Of a stretch of DNA of 64,000 nucleotides, positions 20,264 through 30,219 are shown piece after piece. The stretch lies in NCBI GenBank assembly GCA_963702825.1, contig CAVPEE010000026.1, forward strand, positions 1,608 to 65,607, read 5' to 3'. The notes beneath the pieces are model-generated. The model saw only the letters and a list, made by a program, of their open reading frames with translations, was not told the DNA's origin and ran no database searches. This DNA is from an uncultured Alphaproteobacteria bacterium (GTDB taxonomy: Bacteria > Pseudomonadota > Alphaproteobacteria > Rhizobiales > Beijerinckiaceae). A program made the position numbers and the translations under genes. The number at the start of each line of letters is the position of its first letter. The first letter of the stretch is position 1.

Positions 20264-21454
20264 ATGGACCTTCGATTGACCGAAGACGAGATCGCATTTC
20301 GCGCCGAGGTTCGCGCCTTCGTTCGCGATAACCTGCCTGCGTCTATCCGCGAGAAGACGGTCGCCGGCCGGCGCCTTTCCAAGGACGACTATGAGCGCTG
20401 GACGCGTATTCTCGCCGCCAAAGGCTGGGGAGCCCCGCACTGGCCGCAGGAATGGGGCGGCGCCGGATGGAGCCCGATCCAACTATCGATCTTTCTCGAT
20501 GAGACGCAACGCGGCAATGCGCCCGAATTGGTCGCGTTCGGCGTCAGCATGGTCGGCCCGGTGATCTACACCTTTGGCTCCAAGGCGCAGAAACAGCGAT
20601 TCCTGCCGCGCATCATCGACCTGAGCGACTGGTGGTGCCAGGGCTTTTCGGAACCCGGCGCCGGATCGGACCTTGCGAGCTTAAGGACAAGCGCCCGGAG
20701 CGACGCCGACGGCTGGGTGATCTCGGGCCAAAAGACCTGGACCACCATGGCGCAATACGCCGACTGGATCTTCGTCCTCGCGCGCACCAATGCGCAGGCG
20801 AAGAAGCAGGAGGGCATTTCGTTCTTCCTCGTCGACATGAAGACCCCTGGGATTACCGTGAAGCCGATCCAGACGATCGATGGCGGTCACGAGGTCAACG
20901 AGGTCTTTCTCGACGACGTGCGCGTTCCGGCCGACGCGCTTGTCGGCGAAGAGAACAAGGGGTGGGACTACGCCAAGTTCCTGCTCGCCAACGAGCGCAA
21001 CGGCATCGCCCGCGTCGGGGTCTCGAAAGCGCGTCTGGACCGCGTGCGCCAGCTCGCCTCGATCCCAGTCTACGGCTCGGGGCCGAAGATCGAGGATCCC
21101 TTCTTCCGCGCCAAGCTGGCCGAGGTGGAAGTCGAGCTGAAGGCGCTTGAAATGACCCAGATGCGCGTCATCTCCAACCGCCGCAGCGCCGGCAAACCCG
21201 ATCCCGCGTCTTCGGTGCTCAAGATCAAGGGCTCGGAGATCCAGCAGGCGACCACGGATCTCTTGATGGAGGTCGTCGGACCTTACGCGCTGCCCTATCG
21301 CGAGTCCGACGACATGAGCAACGAGCCGCCGGTGGGTCCGGATTGGGCGTCGCCGCTCGCGCCGATTTACTTCAACAACCGCAAGGTCTCGATCTACGGC
21401 GGATCGAACGAGATCCAGCGCAGCATCATCGCCAAGGCGATACTGGGGCTCTGA
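20264..21454 (+). CDS. pimC: Acyl-CoA dehydrogenase, pimeloyl-CoA DH large subunit-like
   Basis: WWCQGFSEPGAGSDLASL, GQKTWTT, SIYGGSNEIQ. Confidence 0.85.
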   Translation: MDLRLTEDEIAFRAEVRAFVRDNLPASIREKTVAGRRLSKDDYERWTRILAAKGWGAPHWPQEWGGAGWSPIQLSIFLDETQRGNAPELVAFGVSMVGPVIYTFGSKAQKQRFLPRIIDLSDWWCQGFSEPGAGSDLASLRTSARSDADGWVISGQKTWTTMAQYADWIFVLARTNAQAKKQEGISFFLVDMKTPGITVKPIQTIDGGHEVNEVFLDDVRVPADALVGEENKGWDYAKFLLANERNGIARVGVSKARLDRVRQLASIPVYGSGPKIEDPFFRAKLAEVEVELKALEMTQMRVISNRRSAGKPDPASSVLKIKGSEIQQATTDLLMEVVGPYALPYRESDDMSNEPPVGPDWASPLAPIYFNNRKVSIYGGSNEIQRSIIAKAILGL

Positions 21455-21459
21455 GACAC

Positions 21460-22609
21460 ATGGACTTCGAGCTCAGCCCCGAACAGGAGCAGCTGCGCGA
21501 TAATGTCGCGCGGCTGATGAAGGACCGTTACGGGTTCGAGGCTCGCAAGACCTATCAAGCCAGCCCACAGGGCTGGAGCGAAGGCCCTGTGGCGCGACTA
21601 CGCCGAGATGGGCCTGCTCGGCGCGCCCTTTGCTGAAGCCGACGGCGGCTTCGGCGGCGGCGCGGTCGAGACCATGATCGTGATGGAGCAATTCGGCAAG
21701 GCGCTGGCGCTCGAGCCCTACCTTCAAACGGTCGTCCTGTGCGGAGCCTTGTTGAGGCACGGGGCAAGCGACAAGCAGCGCGCCGAACTGATCGGCGCGA
21801 TCGCGGCGGGCGAGCTCAGGCTGAGCTTCGCGCATATGGAGAAACAGTCGGGCTTCGATCTCAACGATGTGGCCCTGAGCGCGGTCAAGGACGGCGGCGG
21901 CGGATTCGTGCTGAACGGGGAAAAAACCCTCGTCGGCCAGGGCGACAGCGCTGATAAGCTCATCGTCTCGGCGCGCGTAAGCGGCGAGCGCCGCGATCGC
22001 GATGGGATCGTCCTCTTCCTCGTCGACGCCGACTCTCCGGGCGTGAGCCGGCGCGGCTATCCGACCCAGGACGGACAGCGGGCGGCGGAGATTGGCTTCG
22101 CCGATGTCCGCGTCGCGCCGCATGACATTCTGGGGGCCTCGGACAACGCGCTGCCAATTATCGAGCGGGCGGTCGACGAGACGATCGCGGCGCTTGCCGC
22201 GGAAGCCGTCGGCGCGATGTCCGAGGCGCTGACGATGACGGTCGACTACCTCAAGACGCGCAAGCAGTTCGGCGTCACGATCGGCTCGTTCCAGGCGTTG
22301 CAGCATCGCGCCGCCGATATGACGGTCGCGCTCGAACAGGCGCGCAGTATGATGTATCTGGCGGCGATGATGGCGGACGAGGACGACGCGGAGGAGCGCG
22401 CCAAGACCATGTCGGCGGTGAAAGCGCAAATCGGCCGGTCGGCCAAGTTCATCGGCCAGCAGGCGGTGCAAATGCACGGCGGCATCGCGATGACCTATGA
22501 GTACAAGGCTGGCCATCTGTTCAAGCGCTTGACGATGATCGATACGACCTATGGCGACGCGGACGTGCACGTACGCCGTCTGGCCGACCGCAGCAGCCTG
22601 TTCGCCTGA
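21460..22609 (+). CDS. pimD: Acyl-CoA dehydrogenase, pimeloyl-CoA DH small subunit-like (frameshift near 21585)
   Basis: MDFELSPEQ start; RKQFG..IGSFQALQHR; QMHGGIAMT. Tandem with pimC. Confidence 0.82.
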
Positions 22610-22612
22610 CCC

Positions 22613-23258
22613 TTGTCGAGCGCGGCGCGCACAATTCTTGTCACCGGGTTCGAGCCCTTCGGCGGCGAGACGGTCAACGCCTCGTGGGAAGCGGCGCAGA
22701 AGCTCGAGGGCTGGCGCCACGGCGACACGGTGGCGGTCGCGCGCTTGTTGCCCTGCGCCTACGACGCCTCGGTGAAGAAACTCATCAGCGCGATCGAGAC
22801 GCTTCGGCCGGATGCGCTTCTGATGACCGGTCAGGCCGCGCGCCGCGCCGTCGTCTGCGTGGAGCGGTTCGCGCATAATCTTGATGACGCCACCGCGCCG
22901 GACAATGACGGCGCCCTGCGCAGGGCGCTCAGGATCTCTCGCGCCGCGCCCGAATGGCTGGAGACGAAGGCGTCGGTCAGGACAATAGCGAGCGCCATTA
23001 AAGAGGCGGGAATTCCGGCGCGGGTGTCGAGGGACGCCGGAGGATTTGTCTGCAACCATCTCTACTTCGGGGCCTTGCAGTATCTTAGCGAAAAGCGGTC
23101 CGCGATCCCCGCCGTCTTTGTGCATCTGCCGGTGACGCCCGAGCAAGCGCCGCCAGGGGCGAACGAAAAGCGGCTCACGCCGGACCGAAGCCTCGGACGC
23201 GCTTCGGGCGGCCGCGACGGCGATCCTCGACCGAGCGAAAGACGGCGAAGAGGCGTGA
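22613..23258 (+). CDS. pcp: Pyroglutamyl-peptidase I (frameshift near 23185)
   Basis: ILVTGFEPFGGETVNASW, VER.A.N, DAGGFVCN, FVHLP. Confidence 0.88.
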
Positions 23259-24149
23259 CCAGCGCGCCGCTCTTTCTCGGAGTCGACGGCGGCGCGACCC
23301 GCTGCCGCGCGCGGCTGCGCGACGCCGACGGAAGAGCGCTTGCCGAGGCGAACGGCGCAGCGGCGAACATTCATGTCGATTTTGCCGCCGCGGTCGCGGC
23401 TATGCGCGCGGTCGTCGACGAGGCTCTGGGAAAGGCCGGTCTCGCCGACGGCGATCGGGGGGCGATCGCAATGGGACTCGGGCTTGCCGGGTTCAAGCAG
23501 GGAAGCGACCAGACGCGAGTGGCGGCGGCTTTTCCCGGCTTTCGGCTGGTATGCGCGGCGAACGACGCGACCACCGCCTGCATCGGCGCGCACGCCGGCG
23601 CGGACGGCGGGCTGGTGATCGCCGGCACCGGCTCGGCGGCGATCGCGCGCGTTCAAGGAAAAGAAACGATCATTGGCGGACGCGGCTTCGCGCTCGGCGA
23701 CGACGGATCGGGCTCCCATATCGGCCTCGATGCGCTGCGTTCTGCGATGCGCGCATTTGACGGTCTTGCGCCGGCGAGCGCGCTGACTGACGACATCCTG
23801 GCCGAGTTCGGCGGCGATCCGGTGGCGATGATGAATTGGGCGCTCGACGCGAAACCGGGAGATTTCGGCGCATTCGCGCCGCGCGTGTTCGAGCATGCGG
23901 TCGAGCCACGATCCGATTGCACTGGGGATCGTGAACGCCGCGGCGCGCGCCATCGGCGCGTTGACGCTCGGCGTCGTCGCCCTTGGCGCGGAACGGGTCG
24001 CGATGGTCGGCGGCGTGGGCGAAGCCATGCGTCCCTATTTCGAGCCCGATGTCGCCGCGCGACTTTCGCCGCCGCTGCACGATCCGACCGACGGGGCGAT
24101 CCTGCTCGTTGGCGGCGTCGTGGCGCCTCAAAGGGAAGCCGCGCAATGA
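23255..24149 (+). CDS. BadF/BadG-type N-acetylglucosamine kinase (frameshift near 23900)
   Basis: GVDGGAT, NDA..AC.GAH, IAGTGS, GG.GF..GDDGSG. GTG overlaps the pcp stop; adjacent to nagA. Confidence 0.85.
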
Positions 24150-25299
24150 AGGTTCTCTACGGAGCGCGCATCTTCGACGGCGAGCGACTGCACGACGATT
24201 GCGCGCTCGTTGTCGAGGGCGCGTCGATCCAAGCGCTCACCGCCTTCGACGACCGCCCTCGCGGCGGCGAGCAGGTCGATCTGGGCGGCGGCGTTCTGAG
24301 CCCTGGCTTCGTCGATTGGCAGATCAACGGCGGCGGCGGCGTGCTGTTCAACGCCAATCCGACCGTCGAGGGAATCGCCGCAATCGCGGCCGCGCATCGG
24401 CGCGCTGGCGTCACCGCCTTTCTGCCGACGGTCGTGACCGACGCTCCCCGCGTTCTTGACGCGGCGCTGGCCGCCGCTCGCGAGGCGCGCGAACGCGTGC
24501 CCGGCGCGCTCGGGATCCATGTCGAAGGACCGTTCATCGATCCCAAGCGCAAGGGCGTGCATCCGCCCGAATTCATTCGCCCCATGCTGGAACGAAGACG
24601 CCGATGCGCTCATCGCGGCCCATGCGGGCGTGATGGTCGTGACGCTCGCGCCCGCCTCGGTCTCGCTTGGAGTTCATCGCGCGCCTGGCGAAAGCCGGGA
24701 TCATCGTCAGCCTCGGCCATTCGGACGCGACCGCGGAGGAAGCCCAGAGCGTGTTCGACGCCGGCGCAAGCGCAGTCACCCATCTCTACAACGCCATGAG
24801 CCAGCTCGCCTCGCGGGCGCCGGGCGTGGTTGGGGCGACGCTCGCTGATCCGCGCATCATCTGCGGCCTGATCGCTGACGGCGAGCACGCTCATGCCCTC
24901 GCTTATCGCGCCGCTTTGGCCGCCAAGGGACCGCGCGGCATCGCGCTCGTGTCCGACGCCATGCCGCCCGCCGCCGGCGGCCCGGACGTGTTCGAACTGC
25001 AGGGCCGGCGGATGACGCGGGTCGGCAATAAACTCATCGCCGAAGACGGCACGCTCGCCGGCGCGGCGATCACCATGCGCGACGCCGTCGACTATGTCGT
25101 CAATGGGCTCAAGGTCCCGCTCGCCGACGCGCTGATGATGGCGACGCTGACCCCGGCGCGACTGCTGCGCGTCGACGACCGGATCGGCCGGCTCAAGCCC
25201 GGCCATCGCGCCGATCTCGTGCATCTGACCGATGACCTTCAGGTCACCGAGGTATGGGCGGGCGGACGCGGGCTCAACGAGGTCGATGCGGCGGCGTGA
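24146..25299 (+). CDS. nagA: N-acetylglucosamine-6-phosphate deacetylase (frameshifts near 24590-24670)
   Basis: PGFVDWQING, HVEGPF..KGVH, THLYNAM, ADGEH, VSDAM, LAG. Confidence 0.88.
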
Positions 25300-25319
25300 C
25301 GGCCTTGCACAAGTTTACG

Positions 25320-25530
25320 CGCGGCAATGATTTCAGGGCTTTAGGTGCGCTTTCGCGCAACTTTTTGGTCTCGTAAGCGCTCGTTTCCGGCTGAGCCTCG
25401 TTTCGCTACGCGAAACAAAACGTTTCGCATGCAACCTCTTAAGTCTCTGAAATGATTGGGAGCGCCGAATCAGCCATTTCGCGGTTTCCTGTGATATCAA
25501 GGACTTGAGGCCGATTTCGTTTCGCTGCGA
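25320..25530 (-). repeat. Dispersed intergenic element, 3' part of copy B
   Basis: Repeated CGTTTCGC/GCGAAAC motifs; exact IHF consensus TATCAA-GGAC-TTG at 25495-25507 plus degenerate copies. Confidence 0.5.
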
Positions 25531-25994
25531 TTCGCGCGCAGCCGTCGCGGCCCGCTTTCAGCCTCCCTTGAAGCAAGCGCCTCGCGCGCCGCGTCGAGGC
25601 GGCCAAGCCTGTCTTCCATCATGTCGACGTCGTCGCCGACCCTTTGGAATGCGGCCTTGAGCCGCAGGCGATCGGGCGCGAGGCGATTCAGATGGTCGAG
25701 AATGCGAACGTAGGCATAGGCAGCGGAAGGCTTGCCGGCGTCGATCTGGCCGCCGATCAGGTCGAGCGCCCGCTCGAGCCGCGCGATCTGCAGGAGCGCG
25801 AAGTCGTCGGCGGGATTGGCGTCGCGGCGATCAAGCTGCTCGCGGACGATCTGCTGGACACGACGGAGGCTGAGGTTTTCTGAAGTCGCGATGGCGCGCA
25901 TCAACTCTCCGCCCATCAGGCGGGCGAAGATCCGCTGCGCGCGCTGATGCTCCTCGCTCGTGAATCGGACTGGCTTTGCGGCTGGCGCGGGCAT
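25497..25994 (-). CDS. Hypothetical protein with N-terminal HTH-like motif
   Basis: RIFARLMGGE.MRAIA..ENLSLRRVQQIV, then helical LQIARLERAL. RBS GAAGGGG and extended -10 TGCTATACT upstream. Confidence 0.7.
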   Translation of the reverse strand: MPAPAAKPVRFTSEEHQRAQRIFARLMGGELMRAIATSENLSLRRVQQIVREQLDRRDANPADDFALLQIARLERALDLIGGQIDAGKPSAAYAYVRILDHLNRLAPDRLRLKAAFQRVGDDVDMMEDRLGRLDAAREALASREAESGPRRLRANRSETKSASSP

Positions 25995-26030
25995 GAAGTC
26001 CCCTTCGGCGAAACGAGAAGTATAGCAACA

Positions 26031-26045
26031 TTCTGCCGATCAGAA
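26031..26045. promoter_or_regulatory. Palindrome TTCTG-N5-CAGAA overlapping the HTH gene promoter
   Basis: Direct reading: TTCTGccgatCAGAA. Confidence 0.45.
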
Positions 26046-26307
26046 AGTATTTGTCGAAAAATCTTCCACGGCCAAGGCTTGCGCGCCGCTTTTTCGCCGC
26101 ACGACTAAACGGCAATTTTGCTAATCTGAGTGTAGAATCGGCGCGGGCCGCTTGGGCGGTTTGCGGATACTCCCCATACCGGATGGAATGGCTCGATCGC
26201 TTTCAACAAATAACCCCGCGGCTCTGTCTTGAACACGGCCGTAGTCCTGCCATATCTGAGGTGTAATAAGGGAAAATAAGGCCAAAATTGTACAGGACTC
26301 GCAGCGA

Positions 26308-26332
26308 TTTACAAGAATTAACAAAAATTAAC
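26308..26332. promoter_or_regulatory. Three 10-bp-period direct repeats TT(T/A)AC
   Basis: TTTAC-N5-TTAAC-N5-TTAAC immediately before the RBS of the PEP-CTERM gene. Confidence 0.4.
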
Positions 26333-26345
26333 AGGAGGTACGAAG

Positions 26346-27261
26346 ATGCGCCAGATGCTCTTGACGTGCCAATGCCGTGATCGACGGTTACTCCGACATA
26401 TAACATCTGATAGAACGTCTCTGTGGTTAGGGCGATGTCGAAGCAGTCTATTCGGCATCGCTGCGATGGCTGCTTTTTTGGGCGCTAGCCTCGGCGAAGC
26501 CGGCGCATCAGGCGTCACGGTCTTGCCAAACGCCGTGTCCTACGAATACTTTGGTCTGAATTTCGCGATCAATATTGCCACGAGCAGCAGCGTCGGGACT
26601 TTGAACTACACAGGCGGCCCCGGCTGCGGCGGCACTTGCACAGCAACCACATCGCTCGGATCAGATCCATCCGTCTCCGTCAATGTCAATGAGATCACAT
26701 TCCAAAATACCAGTGGAGGTTTCGCAGAAGCCGAGCTGGGATATTACGTCGAGTATGTGAATACGCCGGGCACATACACTGTTGTTCTCCATTCTGGCGA
26801 CACGTTATCAGTGCCCTTCAGTCCCTCATTCCCTTCCGCCGGTCAAGCTTACCTAGGGTTCGGTACCGGCAGGGTCGGGTACGACATCGATCAACAACTT
26901 CAACCAAATCATATTCCAAGATACGGATTGCGTTGACCGTTGCCCCACCGGCGTGGGGAACTTTTTAAGTCCGATGCCGCTTCCGGCAAACCAGTCAGTA
27001 CAGATGGTCGCGAATACGCCCTACTTTCTCCAAACATGGGTGACCATCAACCCATCTCCGAGCGGGCTCCAATTGAGCGGCATGGTCGATCCGACTTTCA
27101 CCACAAACACCGGCGGGAGTTTCATCTTCAGCCCCGGCATCACCGGCGTCGGTCCTTCCGTGCCGGAGCCGGCGACTTGGGTCACAATGCTTCTTGGCTT
27201 CGCGGGCCTCGGCTTCGTGGGGTATCGCAAGGCGAAGGGCGCGGTTCTTTCGGCCGCCTGA
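26346..27261 (+). CDS. PEPxxWA-CTERM sorting domain protein (frameshift near 26865)
   Basis: C-terminal VPEPATWVTMLLGFAGLGFVGYRK; Ser/Thr/Gly/Asn-rich body; signal-like N-terminus; RBS AGGAGG. Confidence 0.88.
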
Positions 27262-27287
27262 CAAATCACCTGTATCTTCGGCGTTTG

Positions 27288-27318
27288 GAGAGACCGCCTC
27301 GAGGCGGTCTCTCTTTTT
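27288..27318 (+). terminator. Rho-independent terminator
   Basis: GAGAGACCGCCTCGAGGCGGTCTCTC palindrome followed by TTTTT. Confidence 0.8.
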
Positions 27319-27355
27319 GGGTGGATGACGGTCCGTCAGCGCGGCGGCTCAAGCT

Positions 27356-27820
27356 TCACCCCCGCATTGTCTCGGAAACATTGTCGGGGTCGGCGTCGAA
27401 AACTTGCGCGGCCTCGCTGAACAAGGCGGCTGCAGGGGATGAATCCAAATCGTCGAACCTTTCGAAACTGAAATTGTTGCGGCCCATGCGCAATTCGCCA
27501 AGGCGCCCGGCGTAAGGGTCGGTCACGGCTGCGCCGCGCTTCGTGACCGCGAAGTAGACGCTGATGTAGTTCTTCTGGAGCGCTACGCCGACGACGGGCC
27601 ACTCGACCTTTTCGCCCGTCGTGGCGTGGTAGAAGGACTTGCCATATCCTATCATTTTGAAGCGCATGCCCGGTTCACCAGCGGGCGTGCCCTTGTGGAA
27701 GTGGCGCTTTAGGCTGGGCGCCGCCTTGCTGATCAGCGCATCCAGTCGGCGAAGGTCGCCTTCTCGCTTCGGATCGAAGGCGAAGTAGGCCTCCAAACTA
27801 TCCACGTCGACACGAAACAT
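27356..27820 (-). CDS. DUF1801 (YdhG-like) domain protein
   Basis: LDALISKAAP.L, MIGYG, EWPVVGVALQKNYISVY. Confidence 0.8.
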   Translation of the reverse strand: MFRVDVDSLEAYFAFDPKREGDLRRLDALISKAAPSLKRHFHKGTPAGEPGMRFKMIGYGKSFYHATTGEKVEWPVVGVALQKNYISVYFAVTKRGAAVTDPYAGRLGELRMGRNNFSFERFDDLDSSPAAALFSEAAQVFDADPDNVSETMRG

Positions 27821-28129
27821 CGTCGCCTCGAAACCGCGTGTTGCGGCGATTCGCGCCCGCGCACGTGGATGATCCCACGTGCGCCACCCCGCGCGAACAT
27901 CGGCCAAGGTCACCGCGCCAACGCCCTGACGCCGCCGCCCCGTTCAATCTCGTCCACGCAGCCACTGCAAAATCGGCGAGTACGCGTCTATGAAGTTTCC
28001 GAGGTTTCCGGGAACGCCCGTGTTGGTGCGCTGTTCGCCATCGTCAGGCTGACGAAGACGCTCTACTACAAGCATTTCGCGGATCAGTGCGAATATTCGC
28101 TTCCACGAGGCTTTGATCGTTGCGTCATA

Positions 28130-28230
28130 GGCGAAGTGGTAGCGAGATATTCCAGCGACTACAGACAATTCGTGGAGCGACACCTCGCCTCCGAATCGGC
28201 CCTCCATAGACTTTCGAACGCTTTCCATAT
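28130..28230 (-). pseudogene. AraC HTH N-terminal remnant
   Basis: MESVRKSMEGRFGGEVSLHELSVVAGISRYHF resembles the N-terminus of the upstream AraC protein. Confidence 0.35.
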
Positions 28231-28260
28231 CGGGGCTCGCAGCGACGCAAGCGCGCGTCT

Positions 28261-29112
28261 TTAGCCGTCCAGCGGCATCCAAATCTCAATCGTCCCGAGA
28301 CCCGTCACGGGGTCGAAATCTTGATGGTACAGCTCGAAGTTCGGCGCCGACGCAATTGCGAGTTCATTCTTCGGCGCCCAGTCATTCATGATCGTGTAAT
28401 GGCTGCGGTGCAGACCGATCACGTGACCGCTATGCTTGAAGACGGCGTAGCGCCGGGGCTCGATCACGACGGTCGCGAATTCTCCCGGTATCTCCGAAAA
28501 ATCAGGCACCCGGACGCCAGCGACGTAGGTGAAGGTTCCGGCGTCGTCGAAGTTGAAGGCGACCCCATAGGTTTGCGGCGTCAATTGCCCCGGCACGTGG
28601 CCGATATGCGGGCCGAAGCGTCGCCATTGATCGGGAATGCCTTCGCTCGCCTCGAATGAGTATCGCGCACCGAACCCAGCGATGCAAAGCCTCTCGCCGT
28701 TTTCGAAGCGTGGCGGGTCGAGGTCGATGAGTTTTGATTTGTCCATTTGAACGGGCTCCGTCAATCGAAGCGCGTATTGCGCCGGATTTCGGCGAAACGC
28801 TTCGGGCGTGACGCCGAACTCGTCGCGAAACGCGCGGGTGAACGCGCCGTGCGAGCCGTATCCGTGATCTATGGCCACCGCCAATATGCTGGCGTCGCCG
28901 TCGACGAGTCGGCGGACCGCCTCCGTCAGCCTGCGCCCGCGCGCATAGTTCATGAGCGAGCGCCCGGTGGCCGCCCCGAAGGCGCGCGCCAGATGGTGAG
29001 GCGAAACGCAGACATCTTCCGCGACGCCATGCAGGGTCAGTTCGTCTGAGAGGCGGCTCTCGACGAACCAGAGCGCCCGTTGGACCGGACTAGATGACCG
29101 CTCGTTCGGCAT
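28261..29112 (-). CDS. AraC family regulator with GyrI-like effector domain
   Basis: ALWFVESR..SPHHLARAF..RRLTEA..GYGSHGAFTRAFR; C-terminal YAVF.H.G..FELY..IEIWMP. Confidence 0.92.
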   Translation of the reverse strand: MPNERSSSPVQRALWFVESRLSDELTLHGVAEDVCVSPHHLARAFGAATGRSLMNYARGRRLTEAVRRLVDGDASILAVAIDHGYGSHGAFTRAFRDEFGVTPEAFRRNPAQYALRLTEPVQMDKSKLIDLDPPRFENGERLCIAGFGARYSFEASEGIPDQWRRFGPHIGHVPGQLTPQTYGVAFNFDDAGTFTYVAGVRVPDFSEIPGEFATVVIEPRRYAVFKHSGHVIGLHRSHYTIMNDWAPKNELAIASAPNFELYHQDFDPVTGLGTIEIWMPLDG

Positions 29113-29281
29113 TCGTGCAAATTATCGACGGAGCGGGGGGAGCGCTTCACCGGGATTGATGTCCGTTTAAACCCCAGCCCTCTTATCAGTCCCAATCCTT
29201 GAATGTCCGCCAGCGGCGCAACCCACGCCTTCAGCCAAAGTCCGCTTTGGTGTGCTTACCGCCCGTTCATAGCGCCGATCT

Positions 29282-29470
29282 TGCAGGCGTCGATATCGGA
29301 AGGCTTGGGCCATCGCCTTGTCCACCTCATGGACTGGAAATTCGTGGGTGACGAACCGGTGCAGCGGATAGGCGGTCTTGAATGTGTTCAGGAGGCGCAG
29401 GCTGCTCGGGTAGCCGGTCGGGGGATGGTTATTCCACAGAGGTGGATTGGTTTGCCAGCAGATGCCTGTG
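29282..29470 (-). repeat. Diverged duplicate of the 3' end of the ADH gene (partner 30252-30445)
   Basis: Near-identical sequence encoding NHPPTGYPSSLRLL..FVTHEFPVHEVDKAMAQAF. Confidence 0.9.
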
Positions 29471-29593
29471 CGGGCGGCTTCGCGGTCGTTCACGAAAATG
29501 TGAACCCGGCGGCGGCTTCAAAGATAGCCGTTTGTCTTTCTCTGTCGTTGAGTAGCGTAAGGTTGGAGTTTGCCCGCAATAGGAGGTCGTTTC

Positions 29594-30088
29594 ATGCCAT
29601 TCAGCACGCTTGGTCTATCCGGGGCGACGGCCGGGATGGCGACGCTGGCATTCGCCATCGCCGCTCCCGCTTCGGCGCAAGAGCACTACACGCACACTTA
29701 CTATGTGCACTCCACTATCACCACTATCACCACTACGCCCATTATGGCGAAGGTCGTCAGATCATCGTTCATTCGCAAGCGCCGGTGGTGGCGCCGGCGC
29801 CGACCTATGCCTTTGGGCCCGTGGGGGCGGTGGGCAGCGTCGTCGGCGGAACCGGCCAGGCGGTGGGGGCGGTCTTTACCGGCGCCGGCGGCATCGTGGG
29901 CGGGGTCGTCGGCGGAGTCGTTGGCGGCGTGTCGGCGCTCTTCGGCGGCCCCGGCTACACTTACACCCCGGTTAACGGTTACGGCGGCCCGTTCGCGGCG
30001 CCGTTCAATGCGGCCGGCACAGTCGCCGCAGCGCCCTTCCAGGTGGTCGGCGGCGCTTTCGAAGGGACGCTCGCCCCTCGGTTACTAG
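29594..30088 (+). CDS. Small secreted His/Tyr- and Gly/Val-rich protein (frameshifted)
   Basis: RBS AGGAGG and signal peptide ..APASA. A frame change near 29710 gives HYHHYHHYAHY..GAVGSVVGG..GGVVGGVVGGV. Confidence 0.65.
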   Translation: MPFSTLGLSGATAGMATLAFAIAAPASAQEHYTHTYYVHSTITTITTTPIMAKVVRSSFIRKRRWWRRRRPMPLGPWGRWAASSAEPARRWGRSLPAPAASWAGSSAESLAACRRSSAAPATLTPRLTVTAARSRRRSMRPAQSPQRPSRWSAALSKGRSPLGY

Positions 30089-30219
30089 CCGCTTCCGGCA
30101 ACGGGCACGCGTCCGCGAGCGCAGTTGCTTGGAGACCCGGCCTGTGCGCGCTCGATAGCCCGCCTACCGACGGGCTACGGACCGCGTCTACAAGTCCGAT
30201 CGACGGAAGTGCGTCTGCT

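Noticed and set aside
21473-24028. Long antisense ORFs (also 78..1688, 46111..48012, 10157..11620 and others)
   Set aside because: Shadow frames of high-GC genes with no recognisable motifs.
22613-24799. 728-aa ORF looking like a Pcp-kinase-NagA triple fusion
   Set aside because: Frameshifts bypass the natural stops at 23258 and 24149. Each gene has its own overlapping start and its C-terminus continues in another frame.
26318-26331. CtrA box
   Set aside because: Spacing is TTAA-N6-TTAA, not the N7 consensus. Treated as 10-bp direct repeats instead.
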